Part shown: positions 37,791 to 49,011 of the stretch, piece after piece
Layout: every line of letters starts with the position of its first letter
Position numbering within the stretch: position 1 is the stretch's first letter
Assembly (NCBI RefSeq): GCF_009834535.1
Contig: NC_045697.1
Span: 89,220,001-89,284,000 of the forward strand
Direction: 5' to 3'
DNA length: 64,000 bases
From: Camelus ferus
Taxonomy: Eukaryota
Program-made: the position numbers and the translations under genes
Notes under the pieces: model-generated
Database searches by the model: none
Seen by the model: only the letters and a program-made list of their open reading frames with translations
What the model was told of the DNA's origin: nothing

Positions 37791-40158
37791 GAGCATTACT
37801 TATCTGAAAATGCATATGACAACTTCTGTCACTCTTAAAATTATATAATTCTCTGAAACCAAATTCGAAGTTACCAGAAACAAAATAAGTTTTAATCATT
37901 TACTTGACGCTGTTAGGGCTGTATCACCTCCATAAGAGTAAATAACGTCAACTTAATATGGCAGAGCTGGTGGTCCTACCACATTCCCTTCTAATATCTC
38001 CTGAACCAATGAAGTTAATCCAAGAAAAACTTTCAGAGGGAATTGGGCTGGGTTCACTTAATCCCCACCCTTGCACAAACATAAACCTTAATTATTTGAC
38101 CATTAAGTTGACCGCTATAGTTTGATTAGTATACAAACCCCTAGTTTGTTAAAAGGCTGAAATATTTAGAGCCAACAACAGATTCCATTGTGTGTACACT
38201 CAGAAAGACCATGCTTTTAGAAACCACAGAGAATTCTAATGAACTTTTGCCAGAACACAGTCCCAATAGGCCATATTTAAGGAAGCTTGGGAATAGTCAG
38301 CAGTTCCTAACCTAAGTGTAGGCTAAACTGATGCCATGTAAAATTCTGATTTACATTCCATAGCAATCTTCAAAAAGGATACAGTTGTTTTATTGGTTAA
38401 TAACTTCTGCCTTCTTTAGGTTGACTACCAGGAGCTCTGTGAAACCCAATTACAATCCCTTATTTTCCTTCCAAACCTGAGAGGTTTTTTTTTTTTTTCC
38501 TCTAGTATGGGTAAAAGCCAATGTGGTTATTACTCACAGAGTTTTGCAAATCAATAAGAAACCCCTTGAATTCAATTATTTCTCATTTCTTTACTTGACT
38601 TTTGTTTGCTGTTTATTCTTCCACCCTCCTGGATAAGTCAGAGAAATTGCCTCAAAATCAGATATGATTAAGTGCATCCTGAAAATTCTCCTGGAATTCT
38701 TCTCTATCTTTTCCATTGCCTTCCAGATAATTCCATGTTCAAGTAAGGTTCTGCTGTTATTCTGAACTTTTTTTTGTATATCTTTAAGTACATTCCTCAA
38801 CAAACTATTTTAAGAGGTTTTTCATGTAACTTTCCCCCCAAAATTTTCTTCTACCTGTCTTGTTCATTTTGTAAACAAAGTCCAATCTTTAAGATAGCTT
38901 CCAAGAGATTTAGACTATTCCCCAGTGAGCATGGGGAATAATAAGCAGCAAAATAAGCATCTTCTTTTCTTCAGATGACTTATAGATGGGTCAGGTAGTG
39001 TCAACTGGGCAGGCATGAGACATTTTCTGGGCTAACCATGTTTCTCTTTGCCCATTTCTGGCATACCTAAGAATTTTTCTATTCTGATTCATTCTTTCTT
39101 TCTTTTTTTTTTTTTTGGAACTTTAGGTAATGAAATTGTAACATGGCATTAAGTGTTATACAGGTAAACATAAACAGAAATTTAGAGTGAAATAATATTC
39201 AGAGTAGACACTGGGATTTATGATTTATAATACCAGAGATTAAAGAATCAAATTTCACTGTTTTTTCATTGTTTTCTTCTTGCTCTTTATATTTCCTGTA
39301 ACCTATATAGTAGTCTATTTAGTAATTCTAAATATCTGGGATAATAACAAGCCCCGCTTAAATAGCAAAGGAAAGCTGTGGGCCTTCTCTTTTACTTATT
39401 TATTTTTATTACATAGAACATTTATTACGGTATAAAAAAAGTTCATTTTTTAAAAAGCACGTATAAGACAAGAAAACGATTACCAGTCTATATGATCTCG
39501 GCTTTCCCCTCTCTTCACCTGCAAACGAGAATTCTAATTCTGCCCAGTTTACTTTCTTTCTTTTTCCTTTTCTGTTTTGTTTTTGTTTTTTTTTTTTCAA
39601 TTTACTATTTTGTATGGCTTACTGTATAGAATTATCTCCCTGGATAGGCTCACTAGTGCTAGGTAAGAGATCCACCAGGCACACCTCCTAGTCTTGTTAT
39701 GCCCCAATAGCTGGTCATATTCAAAAATTGCCTTTCAGTTCTCACTTTATATTGTTAGCTCTCAGTGAAAAGGAGGGACATTTGCAGTTGCGACTCACAA
39801 TCCTCTCATTCAGCTAAGCACTTGCTACTGGATCAGTTAGGTTAGAGCAGAGCTCCTGCTGTTCTCAAGAAATTACTCATATAACTGCTCTATTTCGCCT
39901 TCAAACCCTACATTTTTTTTTACCAGTAAATTCTGAGGGATATCACAAGTCCTTATACCCAGATGTCTTTTCTAGGATGTCCATTTCCTTTCACCTCCCC
40001 ACCTTTGCTGGTGGCTAGCTCCTTCTCTCCCTAAGAAAGCACTGACATACCCTCATATTCTAGAAAGGATAAAGACTGCCCTTACTCCATTTCTTAACCT
40101 AGCATTTTAGTAAAAGCCACAAAACTGGCCTAAATAGAAATCTTCATGAAGATATCAC

Positions 40159-40622
40159 TGTGATGATTAATTTCATTTATCAACTTGACTGGACCATAGG
40201 ATGCCCAGATATCTATTTAAACATATTTGTGCATATATGTGAGAGTGTTTTCAGAAAAGACTAGCATTTTAATTGGTGGACTGAGCAAAGCAGATTGCCC
40301 TCCCCAATGTGAGTAGGCATCATTCAACTAGTTAAGGGCCCAAATAGAACAAAAAGGCAGAGGAAGGTGGAATTTCCTCCCTGCATGACTGCTTGAGCTG
40401 GACACTGGTCTTCTCCAGCCTTTACACAGGGACTTATCCTGTTGGTGTTCCTGGTTCTCAGGCATTTGAACTCAGGCTGGAATTTTCACCACCATCCTAT
40501 CCTGAGCTTCCAACTTACAGAAGACTGTGGGACTTCTGTTTCCATAATTACATGAGCCAATTTCTTATAATAAATCTCTCTCTCTCTCTCTTCTTGTTCT
40601 CTGGAGAATACTGACTAATAGA
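40159..40622 (+). mobile_element. MLT2D-like solo LTR
   Basis: tgtgatgattaattt...tcaacttgactgg...gcagattgccctccccaatgtg...ctggagaatactgactaata. TSD atcac/gtcac. Confidence 0.9.
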
Positions 40623-41729
40623 GTCACTCCCAGAGTAAGGCTGACTGAAGGCCTATAAGCACATAATATTATTACCTATTTGTAAAGGATTACTTTGCGG
40701 TTCCCCCAAGCAATATTCGCCATAGCATCACCTTAGAAGGAATATTCTTTGTTTGGAGGCCATTGTTTCACTTGTAGCTACAGTTGTAATCAGTATGCAA
40801 GTCAGGTACTACAGGGTGTTATCTTTCAAAATCAAAGAAATTAGATGCCTTTGAAAATTTTAGTAACTCTGATGATGGATTTATTTTACCATAAACATTT
40901 TTATCTATAGCAGCAAATTAACAGCAAATTATTATAAAAATATTCTTTGAACTAACTACTTAACTGAGTCTCCTACTTTTCTTACTGAAAGAAGTCCCGT
41001 CTGAGAACCAAAGGATATTCATATAATTCATGCTCATTGCCTCTTCTTCCCAAATTGAGTATCCCTTAAATTATGAGAGAGTTGTTTTGTGTCTGTTCTC
41101 TCCTTTAACTTGCTAGTAGAGGAATATTAGAATTAGCATATTAGTTCAGCACAAGTACACATAGGCTTTTAGAGCTGGTCTCTAGGTGGATATTCAAAGG
41201 TAAGTGCTGGCTTTTCCATTTGATTGCTGGCCATATTTTATTCCAAAATCTAAGCAAACAACTTCTTGCTATTCTGCAAATATATATCATAGTTTCCAGT
41301 CTTTATGCTTTTGCTCATACTGTTTTCTTTACTCACCATTCCCATTATCTTCTCTGTCTGTGCTGTCCATTTTCAAGGCCATCTCAAATCTTTTCTGCTC
41401 CAAGATACTTCTCTTGGTTCTCTCAACCCCAAGGAACTTTCCTCTTTTAAGTTACCATGATACTGCTTACATCAACTTACATCTTTCTGCTGTGAGTTAC
41501 AGCTGTCTCATGCTTGTTACAGCCTCATTGCTGATCAGTAGGCTATCTGAGGCCTGACTCTTTGGGCTTATCTGAATAGTATATATCCTATTGAACCATA
41601 AAATCAAAAGGTATTTATTGAACTGATTTGAAATGTATAAATTCTAAATCAGATAATTTAGAATAATAATTACATGTCTTCAGAAAGAGACCCCACTTTC
41701 TGTAGGATTCTATGAGGTAGTAAGAAAAA

Positions 41730-41950
41730 ACATTTAAGATTGAACTTTTGGCTCTACCACTAAACACCTGTGTGATAAAAGACCAATTACTAAATTACTC
41801 TAAGCTTCAGTTTCCTGATGTGTAAAATGGAAGTGGTAATACTTGCTTGTCAGGGATCTTACCCCCCAAGTTAGGAGCTAGTGTGAGATAGTATGTGTCA
41901 ATCATCTGTCATTTGGTATACAAAGCTCAGGAATTACAACCATTATTTAC
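41730..41950 (+). mobile_element. MIR SINE
   Basis: ctctaagcttcagtttcctgatgtgtaaaatggaag. Confidence 0.65.
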
Positions 41951-43308
41951 ACCAATGTAAATGAATCCAATAGGTATTTGTGTAAGTTCAGTTCAGATAC
42001 TCTCTGCATGATTTAAAAAGTAGAAATACTGAAAATGGAGTCAATTATTTGATCCTTCAACATGCATTACAGTCTTATTTTTGTTTGAAAGTTATACTGT
42101 GATAAACACATCATTAAGCACATTAAAATCAGTACAAAGCGGAATTAGATCGTTAATTATTCGGTAACTGAAGTATATATGAAATACAGGCACTTGCATT
42201 GTTTTTCAAAGCAAATTCATAGTCATTAAAGCTATGCATCTATCTTTATTTTGCATTCTGAAGAGAATTGATGAAAACCAAAAAGCTGAAGAGAAACAAA
42301 AATTCTGCATGAAATTCCTAGGAGTATTTTTTCTTTACTTGGTTATTTCTGTGCTTTTGGAAGAGAAATGCATTTGAACATTACATCGCCTTCAAGAGGC
42401 AAATGACTATCGTACATGTAAACAGTCAAGGTGAAGTAGCCTAACCATTTCTGAGGCAAGCCAAAATTTTAAATCATTCCTGGTACTCACGATTCTGCTG
42501 TTCTCAGAAGGATCCAAATGGGGTGATTTGGTAAGGCAGCTGAAGAGTAGTGGAGGGTAACTCTGCAAGCGAAAAAAATATTTTATTTGTTTAGTACCCT
42601 TTTCCTGAGAGCCCCCAAACTTGCCTGGAACATAGCAGGGACTTAAGAAATATTTATTGAGCGGATGAAAAGTGTCCCCTGCCTTATTAGCAAACAAAGG
42701 CTACCACTGGCCATCAAGCCATCAGTCACTACAGGCTCCAGGCGTGGTGAGCCTGAGGGAACTCAGGATGGAGGTAAACATGCTGCCCTCAGCCAGGCCC
42801 TTGGCCACCGCAGCCGCCCCCAGCGGTGCACCCGGGGGGACTCAGGAGGGAAAACAATAGATATCTATGCTCCACTTCAAAGGAGTAATTATAGGAAGCC
42901 CAGAACCTTGCATCTTCCCATACATAGAAAACGGCTAAATTCATTAACTCCAAATGTCTGGTTTTCTTTAATTAACAGTATCTATCGATATTCCGACTAC
43001 CTGGTTTTTATTGCAAAACTTCCATATAGCCAGCCTCCTCCCTTACCTCCTCTGAATAGTCCCAGAGTGATCTGAGAGGTTGTATTCTGGACTTGTTCTC
43101 GGAAAATCCACCAAATAAAACCAAATTCTCAACTTGTAGTGGTTTTTTTTTTTTTTTTTCAGTCCACAGGTGAATGAATTATCGAATATTTAAAATATAA
43201 ACCATACTTATAAAACTAAAGTTCCTGTGATTAAACTACCAGGTAGCTATATACATTTAATCTAGATATTTTGCTAGGTATGACTTAAAATCAAAAAACA
43301 AACGTAGA

Positions 43309-43700
43309 GTGCCGGCGCGCGGCTGTGGCCTGGGAGGCCGAGTCCTAGCCCGGCTCCCCCAGCCCAGGAAGCTCCACCTCCGTCCCGCCGGCCTCTCTAG
43401 CCCGCCAGCCCAACTCGGTGGCTCCTCCACCAGCCGGGCGCGCGTGCCCCCCTCCCCCCACCCCACTCAGGGGGCAGCTCAGGCCATGATACCTGCATAC
43501 GCGAGGGACAGCGAGCTGCAGCCCTAGCCTGTCCCTCCTATGGCCCCTGGCGACCAGGTGGAGGCCGTGCTGGCCGACGGGCCCAGGCCCCTGAGCCCCT
43601 GAGGGCGCCTGGGGCTGGCTGCTGATGCTGACCGCCCTGTGGTGCAAGGGTCGGTGTCCGGCATCCAGGACGCCTGCGGGGTGCTCTTTACGTCCATGCT
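43309..43700. promoter_or_regulatory. CpG-island-like GC-rich segment (retrocopied 5'UTR/exon 1)
   Basis: About 15 CpGs counted by eye in 43311-43445 alone (gccggcgcgcgg, ccgggcgcgcgt), against a CpG-poor AT-rich background. Promoter activity is not shown. Confidence 0.5.
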
Positions 43701-44705
43701 GAAGACCTTCAGTTCCAAGGGCGGTGATAAGATGGTCTTCAAGACAGCATAGGTAAGTTCTCTACGCATGGGATGATTTCCTTTTGCTGCCCAGTAGCGT
43801 CTTCCAAGACATGTTTGGTTGTGGGACAACAGCTGTGGTGGGTGCCGCTGTTGGGTTTGTTGGACTCAGGTCCAGTTCTTTTGTGAGTTCTGTGGAGCCT
43901 CTGTACCTTACCTGTGGAATCGTGGTTGCTGTGGCTGCTCCTTTGCCTACCAGGCTTCACTGGTCATTTAGGGAGGCTACTTCTAGAAGCGCCTTGGCCT
44001 GGTGAATGGCGTTGTCACCGCTGGCAGCAGTATCTTCACAATTTTGCTGTCTTTCCCTTTAAGGGTTCTGACCGACAGCATGAGCCTCATTTACGCAGAG
44101 TGTCCTTTGCATCTTCCTGTTTGTTCTCTTTCTGGCTGGCTTTACTTACCGACCCCTTGCTTCCAGTACCAAAAGTTAAGACGGTAGACTCAAAGGGAGG
44201 CGACAAATTATCCCACTTTTCCAGGAGAGTTAAGTTCTCCAAAGAATGTTTTCAGTGTTGCCATATTCAGGGTGACAGCCTTTGCACTGTGGGCGGTTGA
44301 AATACCTCTTGCACTTTTTGGATACTTTGTGCCTTGTGTTCACTTGAGTTGGCTGTTCCTTGATCGAGTCACCTCAGAGGTGGAGGGGTGCTGATTATCC
44401 GCCACCCTGGGCCTGGACCAGAGTTTTCTTTGCCTTGCAAGTTTCCCCTTGGTTCTCTCAGTACTAAGAACAGAGGCAGTGTTGGACCATCCCAGCAATC
44501 AGAGCACTCTGCACAGCCATGGAGAGGACTCATAAGGAAACTGGCTAATGTGAATGAAACTATCGTGTAACCTGTTTCCAACTCCCATATCAACTCTTTC
44601 CGTCTCTAGTACATTGTGAATATGAGAAAACTGAATTGCCTTTCACAACCTGTGACAAGCAGAACATGGAATATACATAGTTTCATGCTCAATTTTGTTT
44701 CCTAC

Positions 44706-44711
44706 AATAAA
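44706..44711 (+). terminator. Polyadenylation signal of the retrocopied mRNA
   Basis: AATAAA about 15-20 nt upstream of the A-rich tail remnant (agaagaaaac) and the 3' TSD. Confidence 0.75.
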
Positions 44712-44965
44712 CATGAAGCACAGCAGAAGAAAACAAAGACAAATGTATATACATTTATAGCAAGTTATATTTGAATAATAACATAAGTGCTACTGTAGGA
44801 AAATGGAAGAAAGCAAATTGCTTGATTTTTAGAGTTACGTATAAACTCTCTGAGACTTCTGATGGATCATCAGTGTCCTGAGAAAGCCCTGAAGACTTAG
44901 CATGTTGGTTGTTCCTTCTCTCGTTTTTTTTCCCCCCAGCTATACCTGTACTGTTTTTATTTATT

Positions 44966-45221
44966 TCTTTTTTTTAATTGAAGTATAGTTGATTTATAAT
45001 ATTGTATTAGTTTTAACATAATGATTCAATATTCTTACAGATTATACTCTGAAGTGATTACAGAATATTGGCTCTATTCCCTGTGCTGTGCAATATATCC
45101 TTGTAGCTTGTTTATTTTATACATAGTAGTTTGTGCCTTTGATGCCCTACCTCCCCCCTGCCCCATCTTGCCTCTCCACCTTCCCTCTCACCACTGGTGA
45201 CCACTAGTTTGTTCTCTGTAT
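44966..45221 (-). mobile_element. Cetartiodactyl-type L1 3' end
   Basis: ttttaattgaagtatagttgattt...ccctgtgctgtgcaatatatccttg...ccactagtttgttctctgtatc. Diverged TSD ctgttttt(a/c)ttt. Confidence 0.85.
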
Positions 45222-46916
45222 CTGTTTTTCTTTCTTATTGATGTGTAAATTTCACCAGGTTTTTTGTTTTGTTTTATTTTTAAATGTCTCAGGTTTTGTT
45301 AAAATATACTTTTGAATAATTTCAAAATTTAACTGTAATATGGATATTTGCTTAGCCCTCAAGTCCTTGGATTAATATCAAATTAAAGTTCACTAAAGTT
45401 TGAGAAAACTAAATTTAGCTTATAAGGGTCTTATGATTCTTGTATCAACTAGAAAATAAATTATTATGATAGAGAAAAAAACAAAATAAATATTAAACTG
45501 CTTATAAGTGATACAATTAAACAATTTAAAAAATTATTCTATTTCTGCTTTGGCCTGTGCAGGTATTTTCTGTGGTATTGACAAGGATTCACTCATCAAA
45601 GAAGCTTAACCATTCCTAAGAAACTTAATCTATCCTGCACAATAGTTTGGTTCATTGTGTGTGACATGATTTTAATCTGTATTATCTTTTGTGAGTGACC
45701 ATGGTAACAATTGTAATATGTATGTGTGACACTATTTTTTATTTCTTAGTGTCTCCATATTTAGTCTTTTTCCAGTAATTTATGCACAAATATTTAAACA
45801 TTCTTTTTTCCTTCATCAAGGAATTAACGAAACAAAACAATTTTCTAAAATGGCTTTAGGATTTGAAAAAACACATTCTTGCTTCTCTAGTTTTTCAGAA
45901 TGGATTTTTTTTCTGTCAGCGCAGATAATTACTGATGTTGTTTTTAATGTTACAATTTAATAAGTTGTGACATTTGTAAATTTGTGTAAAAGAAGCAGTG
46001 AACTGCTAAAATCAATTGCCTCTGATAGGTTCTAATTGTTTCATCTTTAGTCCCTTTCCCTTATGATATCCACTGAGCGTTATTTGATGTCTGTTAGAAA
46101 AGTTGTACAAATAAAATAGACTATATACATATACATATATATATATATATGCTGAAATACACATTAGTAGACACATTAATCTGGCTTAAGTTATTTGTAT
46201 ATGAGTCATATTACACTAGTCCTCAGTTTGGAAGGTAAATACTTATAATAGTATTCTTTCTGAAACTAGGTTTATTTCCCAATGTAACATATAGTAGTAA
46301 AAAATCTCTATGAGGTGCATGATATCCACATTTCTAAATGATAAGAAGTGGCTTTATTCAAAGGTGATTGATGATAGTTAATTCTGCTGTTTTTCCTTTC
46401 TTTCATTTCTACCTTATTACGTAAATTACTATCTTCTTAATTTGCTCTTTATTCTCATCTACATTTAAATTGGACACAGGAGAAATTAGGACAGCAACAT
46501 CTGGCTTTAATGAAATAGAAATAGTTATATAATTAAATGCCATCATCAATCAGACTGCATTTTGTCCCATTATAGATGCTGTTTGAAACAGTCACACCAA
46601 ATATACCAAACAGAAGGAACAGCAGTAAAAAATGAATTAGTCCGCTCTATAAAGAATCAGAAACAGAAATCCAACAATCCTATCATATTCACTTCAGTTA
46701 CATTCTGGCTGACTGAGAATTTAAAATACAAATCCATAATTGTATGAAGGGTCTCAAATATTTTTTTCTTTTATAAAATATTGAAATAATACAGATACTA
46801 TGACAAAACCATGGTTCAAATGATAAGAAAGCCTCAAAATGAAAATCTCTTTCTCTCCTAGTCTCTCTTTCTAGAAAATAACATTATCAGTTTCTAGTGT
46901 GTTTGAAGTTACTTTT

Positions 46917-49011
46917 TTTAATTGAAGTATAGTGTATTACAATATTTATTAGTTTCAGATATACAACACAGTGATTCAATATTTTATAGATTATACTCAT
47001 TTAAAATTATAAAATAATGGCTATCCCTGTGCTGTGCAATATATCCTTGTAGCTTATTTATTTTTCACATAATAGTTTGTATCTCTTAATCCCTTACTCA
47101 TATCTTGCCCCTTCCCCCTCTCTCCCCACTAACCATTGGTTTTTTTTTTACTATATCTACATAAAAATGATAACATACAGTATTTATCTTTCTCTGTATG
47201 ACTTATTTCACTAAGTATAATACCCTCTAGTTCATCCCTGTTGTTGCAAATGGTAAAATTTCATTATTTTTATGGCTGAGTAATATTTAATTATAAAAAG
47301 TATATCATATATATTATATATATACCACTTCATTTATATATATATAATTGTGTATATATACCACTTATTTATCCAGTCATCTGTTGCTTCTATATCTTGC
47401 CTATTGCAAATAATACTGCTATGAACATTGAGGTGCATGTATCTTTTTGAGTTAGTGTTTCATTTTCTTCATATATATACCTAGGAGTAGAATTGTTAGA
47501 TCATATGGTAGTTCTATTTTTGGTGTTTTGAGGAACCTCCATGCTGTTTTCCATAGTGGCTGCACCAATTTACATTCCCACCAACAGTATACTAGGGTTC
47601 CCTTTTGTCCACATCCTCACCAACATTTGTTTTTTGTAGACATTTTGATGATAGCCATTCCAACAGATGTGATTTTGATCTGAATTTCTCTGATGATTAG
47701 AGATCTTGAGCATCTTTTTACTTGCCTGTTGAGCATCTGTATATCTTCACTGGAAAAATTTCTTTTGGTCTTCTGCCCATTTTATAATTGAGTTGTTTGG
47801 TTTTTTTGATATAGAGTTCTAGAAACTGCTTATATATTTTGGATATTAATGCCTTACTGGTAATATCAGTATTGTTATTTCGGGGGTTTTCTCTTGTTTT
47901 TTGAACTGAAACAAGTTCTCTGTCTTCTCATTTTGCTTGACTTTCTCTGTCTCTATGAATTTAGTTGAAACAGTTACCTGTCCCAGTCTTGAAGGGCTGT
48001 CCTTGTGTGGGTGTGTCCTGATACAGTCCGTGTGTGCCCAGTGACTTTGGTGGGAGAGGTGGATCTGAGGTGAGCAGATTCACATCCTTCCCCAGGGTGT
48101 GCTAGCAACTATCACCTTGGTAGGAGGCAAGGCTGGAGCTGGAGGGGCTAGAGCCAGGGCCAGGTGTGAGCCAAGGCTTCTCCTCAGCTCAGTGGCCAAC
48201 ACCACCCTGTTGGAGGCAGGGTTGGGTCCCAAGTTACTGGGGCAGGAGCCCTGAGATTCAGGTCTGAGCTAGCTCCGGTCCCTCTTCATGTGTGGTTTCC
48301 CCTGTCCTAGCACCGGCACCTTCACCCCTGAAGGGAACAGTGCTTGTGCAAGAAGGGCTGGAGGGGACACTTGGCATGGGTCAGGGCTCTGGCTGTGGTG
48401 GTCCCAGCCCCAGTCAGAGTCCAGGACTGTACCCAATGCACAGCTGGTAAGTGACAGTAATGGATGCCCCCACCCTGTTTGGATATTGTTCACAGTAATT
48501 CTGTCCTTCGCAAGTGAGAACACCCCTAGGCTGCTACAGCCCTCGCCTTGGTGTGGAGCTGACTGCTGAGCATGTGGGGCAGAGCGGGCGCTCACCTTGG
48601 TGGGGTCCCATGCTGGTTGTGTTAGCCCAGTAAACTGCCAGCCACATGCAGTTTCAGTCTGCTTCCTTTGCCTTGTTTCAGGATTAAGCAAGTTTGTGCT
48701 CACTTTTCATGAGTGGAGCCTAGGTTTCTTACAGCTCTCCTGTGAGTCCCACTGGTTTTCAAACAGTTATGAGAATTTATCTTCCTGGGGTTAGGCACCA
48801 GGGCTGGGGCACCCAATATGTGGCTCGAACCATTCACTACCCAGGGAGTATCTCCACTTGTATAATCCTCTACCCTTTAGTCTCCTCTCTGAGCACAAAT
48901 CCAGAACTGAATGCCTCTCTTTCCTTCTTTCCCAATTCAGTGTGGATCTTTTTTAAAGCCTTGGTTGTATGAGTCTTTCTGCCAGTCTCCAGTTAGTTTT
49001 CAGTGAGCTCC
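46917..49011 (-). mobile_element. Single L1 insertion: 5'UTR and ORF1 start fused to ORF2 end and 3'UTR (internally deleted)
   Basis: 3' part 46917-47868; GC-rich 5'UTR part ~47869-49011. Perfect 13-bp TSD tgaagttactttt at 46904-46916 and 49012-49024, with an adjacent TT/AAAA endonuclease site on the minus strand. Confidence 0.85.

Larger units (their letters stand above)
43309..44734 (+). pseudogene. SLC16A10: Processed (retro)pseudogene of SLC16A10 (MCT10/TAT1): 5'UTR plus exons 1-3 fused, then a non-canonical polyadenylated 3' tail
   Basis: ATG at 43486. Frame-shifted translations match MCT10: EGAWGWLLMLTALWC, GIQDACGVLFTSMLKTFSSKGGDKMVFKTA*, SVFQDMFGCGTTAVVGAAVGFVGLRSSSFVSSVEPLYLT, RLGLVNGVVTAGSSIFTILL, IPLALFGYFVPCVHL (ends 44346). 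No introns at the recalled exon 1/2 (KTA-W) and 2/3 (FVS-S) junctions. Premature TAG at 43525, 43750, 43969 and 43984, plus several small deletions. AATAAA at 44706-44711 followed by an A-rich remnant. Diverged TSD aaaaacaaacgtaga (43294-43308) / aaagacaaatgtata (44735-44749), with TT/AAAA at 43285-43290. Confidence 0.95.

Noticed and set aside
42805..42832. CTCF-like motif (ccgcccccagcgg)
   Set aside because: Several mismatches to the core consensus; cannot be supported without scoring.
43446..43465. G-quadruplex on the minus strand
   Set aside because: Only three clear G tracts; marginal.
43257..43960. Overlapping GC-rich ORFs on both strands in the ORF track
   Set aside because: Shadow frames of the GC-rich pseudogene 5' end, with no independent homology.
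43486..44346. Functional SLC16A10 gene/retrogene, or SLC16A2 (MCT8) identity
   Set aside because: At least four in-frame stops and multiple frameshifts. Diagnostic residues (GIQ.ACGVLF, KMVFKTA, TAVVGAAVGFVGL, SS.EPLYLT) fit MCT10 rather than MCT8.
48269..48972. 144-aa and other ORFs in a GC-rich stretch
   Set aside because: They lie in an L1 5'UTR; low stop density is explained by composition.
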